A stretch of DNA of 62,842 bases, the filler included, from Platydemus manokwari (Eukaryota), in the NCBI GenBank assembly GCA_037951405.1. It is 6 parts of 6 records of this genome, joined end to end, with 100 filler letters (N's around TTAATTAATTAA, not from the genome) between each part and the next. Parts side by side here need not be neighbours in the genome. Positions count along the whole stretch, not along the records: positions 53,911 to 62,842 come from JBBMOY011327095.1; 5 more parts are not named here. The stretch is one strand, 5' to 3'. Position numbers and translations under genes: made by a program. The notes under the pieces were generated by a model. It was not told the origin of the DNA, searched no databases, and saw only the letters and a program-made list of their open reading frames with translations. This document shows, piece by piece, positions 53,811 to 62,842 of this stretch (position 1 is the first letter of the stretch; each line of letters opens with the position of its first letter).

Positions 53811-53910
53811 NNNNNNNNNNNNNNNNNNNNNNNNNNNNNNNNNNNNNNNNNNNNTTAATTAATTAANNNNNNNNNNNNNNNNNNNNNNNNNNNNNNNNNN
53901 NNNNNNNNNN
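53811..53910. other. Assembly spacer N44-TTAATTAATTAA-N44
   Basis: Same 100-nt structure. Confidence 0.97.
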
Positions 53911-56537
53911 TATATGCAAGCAATACTCCCAGCGACATCTTTTATCAAATCGAAATTTTAAGGTTATACACCCAATATTATTTTTATTTAAGAAACTAAC
54001 TTAACTAGAATATAATAATAAAATTAAATTATAAATTTTATAATTTGACACTAAGTATTATACTAAGAGTGCTTTGAATAACACGGAGAACGTGTAAGCC
54101 TTACTGCGAACTCAATGATAATTATTTTTATTAAAATAAATTTATTAAGAAGCGAATAAAAACCACAGGTAGTTTAGAGTAATTTAAAAATTATGATTTC
54201 ACAGATCTAATTAATAATATTTATTTTTATCTCATGTTTTTTCTAATATTTGTACTTTAAAGACGTTTATATCATCTTAATATATTTATTTTCACACTGA
54301 AAATATTTTGTCTTTGAATTGAATTGAGATTTACTATAAAGTTCAGTTTGGATTCACTGATAAATAAATATTCGAACAAAAGTTAAAGCGAACTGATTCC
54401 TGTTTAGAAAGATTTCCCAAGAATAAATAATTTTTAATTTATTTTATTTAGCGATTTTCCCACAATAATTATATTAGAAAATATTTATGGTCAAAATATT
54501 TTATTAAAATGATTACTTTTCCTGAAATTTGAAAATTTTTATTCTTTTGATTTGAAAGAATTTGTTTTTCTATTTCAAACGAACATGGAATAAATCTTGA
54601 CATGTGATTTATCCCAATTTAGTTATTTGTGTTAAATAATGTTTAAATACAGTTAGAGAATTTAATTCAAGATTTTTTTCATCAGCAACGCATTGATATT
54701 TAATATTTTAAGTTAAATATTTATAAATTTTATGAATTAAGTATATTAAGAAATAAAAATAAACTTTTAAAAATAATTCACAGATGTACAATTTTAGAAA
54801 ATACAAAGGAAACTTTTTGTGATACATGTTGAGTAAAGACGAAATTTTGCTAAATAGAAAAACGATTTTCCATATTGTCACTCTTTATTTTGCATTTGAA
54901 TCATTTAGGGATTGACTAATCTCGAGTACAGAAAATCAATAAATCCAACAGGAACTACAGAAATAAAAGATCAAATCAAAATGTTTTATGTTGTTGTTTT
55001 ATTTTGATTTATGGAGTTTTTATTGAGTTTTAGAGCCTTTTCGGTATGTACTGTGATTAGAGAGTTTCATCGACATATATATTGCAATCCTCAGTTCTTT
55101 TGAATCCTAACATATACATTGATATCTAGAATTTCTAATTTTGACATGGTATTAAAAATAGTTTCTAGTTTACGATTACATATTACAAATAAGACTTATA
55201 TCAAACAAATCATTAATCAATATTTATATATTTCTATTTCTGCAATTTCTTTAGTTTAATCATGATATGTATCATAGATGTTGTATATTTATCACGTTTT
55301 CAATGATTTATTATTATTATTTTTTATTATTTATTAACATTTATTAATAATTACATTAATGTTTACTTATTAATATTAATAAGATATAAAATAAATAGTG
55401 ATATTTTGATATAAATCAAATCAACTAAGGATTCGTAGTGAAATATAAATAGGAAAAAAATTATTTCCAATGGTTTCCTATAATGGATATATTTCTTGTC
55501 GGTATATATTCCATTACATTCCTTTTATCTTTAGCTCTTTATTTCCAAGGTTTAATATAAAGCTAATTGATATCAAACGTTAATTTGTCAAAATATTTTT
55601 CCGTATACAATCAATTTCTTTTGCATTAACTAATCTTTATTTTTAATTTAACGAAATCAGCTTTATTTTGCTAAATTTTCATTTAATTAAGCGTTAATTC
55701 AGTTGAAATCTTTTTACAAAGCAGTAATTCAGTTTGGTTTTTCATCTTTTTTCTAAAACTGTGATTAATAATGGATTAATCTCAGTATTACCCCAATTAA
55801 TTTTACTTTCATGTTACCGATATTTAAGTAAGTATAATTTAATTTAAAATATGAAATTTGATTTTGATTGATTTGAAAATAAAATCCATAATTAATAATG
55901 ATTAATTTATTATCTTTATTAAAAAATTGTAGAACATTTACAGTTTATATCTTTGATCGAATGGAATGTTTTTAAATATTCGAAGGAATTATCCTTATTA
56001 GAAAGAAATATAAATGTCAACATTTTTTAAGAATAACTACTTAAATAAAATACATCATATCAGTCCTTGGATGGATTTGTTATGGTGCTAGAACAACATA
56101 TATTTTCATGAATATCAATTATAAAGATAAACAGTCATTATAAACACAATATAATTATTATTTTGTACTAATTTTATCATTATAAATTCAATTCAAAATT
56201 TTTCAAAATTAAAATTGGAAAATCATGGTTATAATATAACATTTTAAAGATATAAATAGGAGAGGAAATCAACTGAAGCATATTTGTATTTATTTTCTCT
56301 GTCAACACACATTCCTTAAATAATAAAAATTAAAAATATCAAATTGTTATCTTATAATCATTATATCTCAATAATGTATTATAATTTTTGTTTGATCAAG
56401 AATATATTTTTTTAATTCAAATCAAATAAATAAACATGAATAATTTCTTGACAGAATTGTTGAATATTAATGACAAAACACTTGTAAATGATTTATTATA
56501 AAACAATTTAATAAAATGTTCAACATAAACGTAAAAA

Positions 56538-56611
56538 TGGCATCTAATACTCTGGCAGCTACTATGCTGGCATCCAATAGACTGGCAACTAAATATACTT
56601 GTATCTAATAC
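56538..56611. repeat. ~15-bp minisatellite, 5 units
   Basis: TGGCATCTAATACTC / TGGCAGCTACTATGC / TGGCATCCAATAGAC / TGGCAACTAAATATAC / TTGTATCTAATAC. Confidence 0.8.
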
Positions 56612-56937
56612 ATTTGAATTTGACCATCTCGGTCTCAATATTTATATTCGTGTTTTGTGTGTTCCACTTTTAATTGATTGTTTTGTTTATTGTATATTCA
56701 TTGGATCCGTCGATCATAAGATGTGGGGATTAGTCAATCCCTATGCGTGTCTCCTCGTGTAGTTATGTTTCTCGTAAAATTATGATTTTTCTGTTTAAGT
56801 CATCTGTGATTCGTTGGTTGTCAAGCTTGTATGATTACGTAGGTGTGCCAATGCATAAATTGCTAAAACAAGGGTTTCAAGGTACGAAATCGTTTTTCTT
56901 TCTCAGGATTTTGTCTTCACTCAACAGAATTTATCCA

Positions 56938-57078
56938 TTGACTTTAATCTCGAAATATTGAACCGATTCCATACATGAGTTTGTTAAAACATATGCAGAT
57001 ACTTATAATCGAAGAACGGTTAGTTGATTGCCAACGATTATTTTAATCCTTCAATGTTATCTGAATAGCATATGTGAA
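56938..57078 (-). repeat. ~140-bp dispersed repeat, inverted copy of 58959-59100
   Basis: The reverse complement aligns by eye: TTCAC.TATGCTATTCAGATAACA.TGAAGGA ... GGAATCGGTTCA.TATTTCGAGATTAAAGTCAA. Confidence 0.85.
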
Positions 57079-58958
57079 GGATTGTTTTTCAAATCACTTG
57101 TCGAAAATAATAAATACTAATGTTGAGGATTACACACAACCCAAACATCTCTAATTATTCAATGCAATTTTAAACTTTCAACGAATCACTTTATCAAACA
57201 ATCATTTTCAAACAAACAATGAATCTGATTCCAAATTCCATCAAGTCAAATGTTAGCAAATCTCCATCCCAAAATTCTCCAACCCATTTCTCAACGAAAT
57301 CTCCAATATATCAATCCAAAGTTGATTCAATCTGATGTTAAAATTTTTACATGGAATGAATATTTTGAATTTTTAAAAGCATTGTGTTGCTCCTGTTTGA
57401 TAAGATGATTATTATTAATAATAATATTTTATTATTATCTCTTTGCATAGTTATGATTTTAAACAATTAGCTCTTTGTATGATTATGAATTGTAAATCGG
57501 AATAACTAAAGCAAGATCATAAAGATTAAATGAAGAATATTAAAATGATAAATAATATATAAAATAAGTGAGATCAATTATAAATAAAATAATAATAAAA
57601 TGAAATTATAGATAAAACATTGCTATATGGTTTACTAACAAATCGAAATGGTAACCAGACATTGAAATTGAAACAAAGAAAATTATTATAGAATAAATGA
57701 AAATCTTTTATTAAACGGAGATATAACTAAATATAACAATATCAGAAGAAAAAGTATTTAGACAATACAGTCTATAGTATTCACCTATTATAAAATCTTG
57801 AGTTCGGATTAGAAACGAAAGACTGAAAAAAACTAGCGAAACTTACGAATTACTATCGATGAAGCAGATTTCAAAAGCGAGTAAATTATGTATCACAATA
57901 ATCATTAACCATCGTAATTAATCTTATTAATATTCGCCTCCATTTGGTCTTTCGATATCCCTCGTATAGATATTTAGTATCAATCTACTTTTGTTTTTCT
58001 TTTGAATCTTGCTAAATTTTCGTTTTCCTAAATAAACCTTATTAACACTAACAGTATGATTTCTAAAATGTAAGAAGATTAATTAAACATTTTCTATCAA
58101 CTAGACATCATATCAGTGGGTGGTTCATTTATAGATTGAATTAGAACATATATTTGAAGATAAGTTTTAATCAATCGGTAAATAAAAGCCGAAAATAGAT
58201 CATATTTAGTGCTTTAGATTAGTTCAAAATATATGATATTAACAACAATGAATTTCTAAATGTTGAGTAACGATGAGCACGATTTTGGAACGAATTTGGA
58301 TATTTTATGGTCGATAACTATTTATTTATCGTAAATTTTCGAGTGAATTTTGTTACTGCTAGCCTTTAATGGTCGTTATTTTTGCTGATGTTTCATCTTT
58401 TCGTTCTAATTCCATTGTGAAATTTTAATTGACTTTGTTATTTTGAAAGTAATTTGAGGTATGGACGCTCAAGATTTAATTTTAAATGGTACAACTGTGA
58501 TGCATTATAATAACTTAGAATATTTAGCTTAAATAAATAAAAAACATTGCAAAGTCAATATGTTCAGCAGCACTAGAATTTTGGAAATAAAAGTAGCAAC
58601 CACTATCTGATATTGATATCATCTAACAAAAATAAGTAAATTATACACTTCATTCACAAACTTTGTACTAAAATAAAACATCAAACCCCCAGCAACAAAA
58701 AGCAAATTAATAAAATGATGTGTAAAAAACCAATTTCTCGAAAGAATATTAATAAATAATGTCACTTCATTAAATGACTTCAATTGCAGTTATTCGAGTT
58801 AATTATCACAAGACTGTTACAATGATTTTTCTTTTATACCATTATTATCATTTCATATGATTAACAAAACAAACTTAATACATTATAATATTTCTAATTT
58901 TGCTGTTTATTTATTATCACAATCTTTGAAAAACAAATTATTAATAAAATAATAATAT

Positions 58959-59100
58959 TTCACGTATGCTATTCAGATAACACTGAAGGATTTAAATAAT
59001 CCTTGGCATTTAACTAATTTTTCATCAATTATAAGTCGCTGCACATGTTTTAACATACTTAAATGTAGGAATCGGTTCAGTATTTCGAGATTAAAGTCAA
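58959..59100 (+). repeat. ~140-bp dispersed repeat, inverted copy of 56938-57078
   Basis: Aligns by eye to the reverse complement of 56938-57078. Confidence 0.85.
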
Positions 59101-60553
59101 TCAATGGATTCTATCAAAAAATTATTCATGTTTGTTTATTTGATTTAAATTAAAAACATATGTTAATAACATAAAAATCATCACACATTAATTCGGGTGT
59201 TTATATGATAAGTTTTGATTGGAAAAGCATATCAAAATATACTAAAAATGTTTAAGAATTGAATAATGAGAATTATAAAATAAGATCATTATTTATTGTT
59301 ATCATAATCTACTCAGCTTGAAATCAAAACCAAGTTGAACATTAAGATCTTCTTGAAAGTGATTTGTTTATTTAAATCTAGTAATTGCCTGTGGATCACT
59401 ATAGAAATGTAAAAATATCGAAGAAGTAAAGTTGAAATTTTACTAGAAATTATACTTAAAAAATTAAACATTAATTTTCAGAATTCTTTCTCGCAGCTAT
59501 AATTATACTTGTATGTAATTGCAGTTTTAGAGACCAATTGCATAATATTTTACAATTACTATAATATATTTTCAAATCTTATGCTTTCTAAAGGAAACCA
59601 ACTTAGTGCGGATTAATAAATTTGGCGTAGTTTCATAACATTAAAGTTGCTAATAAAATATATTTCATAAATATTGTTAAAATTTTAAATAATCTAATAT
59701 ATTAAATGGACTAAATCCCACTGATATTTATTTGTCCTCACAATTCAATGAAGTCCATCCATTATGAACTTAATTCGAGATCCCCAAAAATTCGTTCAAA
59801 GTTTATCAATTTCCGTAGATTTGGTCAATCTTCTCGTAACAATCTAATCATTTATTCATCTTCTCATCTTCGAAAAAATCAAAAAATTTAAAAGACAAAG
59901 ACCAAGATTGGAGCTGCTGATAACCATGGATCTGAGAAAAATTTCTCTACCATCAAACAGGATGATGCAACTTTTAAAAAAGCCATAAATATACCATCTA
60001 TAAAATGAGGTGAGGGATTCTCCCACCCGGTCGAGAAGATCTTGTTTATGTTAAATAAATATTAGATTTTTTTAGTCATGGTATGAGCTTGTAAAGCGGA
60101 GCGCTTGTATCTGCGATATAAAAATTAAAATCGTTGTTAACACCATATGAATCTGTTTTCTATGCTCAGTTTATTCTTTATCAGAGTTTTGTTTATACAT
60201 TAGATTCATTTTCCTGCCTTTTGTTCCATTTTATTAATATCAATATTACTATTTTAATCATGAACGTATGTAAAAAATTGTTTCAGATTTAATTTTGTGA
60301 GTATAAATGAATACATGTTGTTTGAAATACAAGCTCTTATTCTTTCTTGATAACAATTTCGAATAAAATTAATTTAGAATTTACAGCTGAAAATTATCCT
60401 ATTTCCAGTGAAACAATTCTGTTTTCAACATCGATTGTAATGCTTCGGAAGAAAATATTTCTACGAGATACATACGACAATCATGATGGTGAAAATTCCA
60501 GATAGCGTTAAATAACAAGAAAAGAGAAAAAGCTTAATAATTAAAAATGAGAA

Positions 60554-60679
60554 ATGAGACAGATCATATTTATTGACGAATTCTTAATTAACTGGACGAT
60601 CGCTTTGCAACGGGTATGGTGTTCCAAGGGCCAGACCATCATATACATCAAATACAACACAAGATATTCTAACAAATGA
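60554..60679 (+). mobile_element. Tc1/IS630-like transposase fragment (first catalytic Asp region)
   Basis: MRQIIFIDEFLINWTIALQRVWCSKGQT resembles the IFxDExxFN...W.xKG motif of IS630/Tc1 transposases. Confidence 0.5.
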
Positions 60680-61163
60680 TGTTCATAATATCAGTATCGT
60701 TCTCAACATTGAAAGGATAGGACTCCTGTTCAATGAAATATTTCCAGCATACTTCAAAATCATATTACAGAAGTTAAATCAGAATTATTTTCAAGCCATG
60801 GCGTTACTTCTAATTAAAAGTGTATATTATTTCAACATTATTTGTTTATGTTAACCATTTATAATCAGTAGATGGTTAAGTGCATGCTTGGAGCACAAAA
60901 ATGCTAATTACCAAATCAATTACCCCTTCAAACTTGTTTAGGAATTAAATTTAATACTTGAAACAGATGATTTGGAAAGGTTAACGGAAGAGTTATCTTC
61001 AGCATTCGTTTAAATAATTTGTGAATATATTCTCACGAAATGAAACTAGTCAATCCATATATCTCCGTATGTTATGACGAATTTCAACTCCATCATGATT
61101 GGTCGACAAACGCGCTTTTACGGTTAAACGTCAATGTCAGTTTATAGAAATAAATGTTCTTAA

Positions 61164-61442
61164 CACGTCGACGAACACTTGCGTCAATAACCATCAAAGT
61201 GAAGTTCACTATGTGGCATGACGTCAATAGCCGTCTAAAACAAAACGGTCTTTTTTGGACGATGCGGCTATAGTGGCACAAATGTGCATTTACCGGCGTA
61301 CAAATAGAAGACTAGTGTCATGTTTTGGAAACAATTCTTTCGGTTGACTTTTGTTTTCCATCTATTATACGACTTGCAGTTTAAATACGCACATATAGTG
61401 TTAAATTTCGAACTTCATTTGTTCCTACTGTCCGTCAGTGTG
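61164..61442. mobile_element. Non-autonomous piggyBac-type MITE, copy 2
   Basis: TTAA flanks (61160-61163, 61443-61446). TIRs CACGTCGACGAACA / TGTCCGTCAGTGTG. Collinear with 3659-3926 apart from an ~11-nt indel. Confidence 0.8.
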
Positions 61443-62767
61443 TTAATAGATAGATTGTGTGCCATATTTATTTTTTATTACTTTTAATAACATAATTTCC
61501 AGAGGTTTAACATTATCGTTGATTTAATAAAGTTGTTATTCTCTGGATATAGTGTCATCTATTTAATTGAAATTCTCGGCAATATCCGGATATTCCAAGT
61601 TGAAATAATATTAATAATAATTATTATTATTAATATTATTTCGGTCTTTATTATTATTGTATAAATAATTTTGATAATTGTCATTTAAAAGGTTGTGAGG
61701 TTTAAAATTCAAAAATGATTAAGATGAATAATTAAAAAATATTTATTTTTTGACCTCATTTCACAGAAAAACCCTCGCATTAAATGGTGGAAAATAAACG
61801 AAAATTTTCTTGAAATTAATGTGTATAAAAATATATTATTTTGTGCATTGAAATTATGTCTTCTGAATTAAACATGAAAAATGAGGAATTGTTAGCAACT
61901 AACAGTGGTGAAACGAACTAGCAGAATGTTTGAAAATTGCGATTACAAATAATTATTTTAAAGATGTAAGTATTTAAAAAATGCTTGTTAGTATTATTAC
62001 GTCAATAAATTTATAAACTTTTATAAGAAAAAATGAAAGCTATTTAAAATGTTAATTCGATTTGATTTGAATGAACCATTCTCTAATTTGTCACTGAAAT
62101 AAGTATTTTTTCCATTAAATTATTCAAATTAGAGTTTGATTTTAAAAATTATTGTTAAAAGTAATAACCTATAATTAATTTAAATTTTACCATTGGTTAG
62201 ATGGACATGTGATTACAACAAAAATTGATGTCAAATCGTCTTAATGTGATTGTGATGGAAATAATTGTGTACATAAAATAAATTATAATTATAATATAAT
62301 GATATGTTCCTGTTGCTAAAATTTCTTCATGCATCTGAACAAACTCTTTGAATCTTTAAATCATCAATTTACTCAACACTTCCGAGTATTTAAGATTATC
62401 AATAGTTTACTTGGTCTGACTCATACTGAGTTTTAAATAATTTGTTAAGAAAAATTAATTGAAGATCTGTTAGATAAATTGCAGAATGCAATGTTAAATA
62501 AAATCTTTATAAGATTAAATACATTAAACAAATATATTAAACAAAGACGAAATGAAAATAATTTGAGAAATTTTGACTAAAATTAAACGGAAATTAATTA
62601 TCTTTTAAAAATTATTTTCATCCTTGTATAGATGCAGGTTTATTATAAATAAACTGTATTGTTTTTATAATTCTTGTTGATAAGTATAATAATACTTTAA
62701 TTTAAATTACTATTAAATACTATCATGTTATTATCATATCTCATATCATTATATGTTAAGAAAAATA

Positions 62768-62771
<4 letters not shown>

Positions 62772-62842
<71 letters not shown>
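62772..62842. repeat. (TAT)n microsatellite
   Basis: Read directly at the window end. Confidence 0.95.

Noticed and set aside
1-62842. CRISPR arrays, operons, rRNA/tRNA genes
   Set aside because: Eukaryotic intron-containing DNA. No repeat-spacer array or structural RNA gene was recognised by eye; a covariance-model scan was not possible.

Overview
Very AT-rich eukaryotic (animal) genomic DNA with 38-58 nt micro-introns and (AAT)n/(CA)n microsatellites. This architecture and the transposon content suggest a flatworm such as a planarian, which is inference only. The window is six contigs joined by five artificial 100-nt spacers (N44-TTAATTAATTAA-N44). Supported genes: the 3' part of sarcosine dehydrogenase (10 exons, +); a 4-exon NDUFA4/COXFA4-like gene missed by the ORF track (+); the first two exons of a divergent kinesin-light-chain-like gene (-); a 910-aa intronless orphan ORF (-); lin-7 (-, last exon apparently missing); and RPLP2 (-). 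There is also a candidate small secreted peptide gene ending in CYFSPMC that carries one in-frame stop. The rest is largely decayed mobile DNA: two Ulp1-protease-bearing relics, Gypsy LTR relics, mariner, Tc1/IS630 and hAT fragments, two piggyBac-type MITE copies and old LINE remnants. I see no CRISPR array, rRNA or tRNA, and no clearly new multi-gene system. The best leads are the small peptide gene, the divergent NDUFA4-like gene and the run of compact divergent genes. All calls come from manual translation and motif recall; no database search was run.
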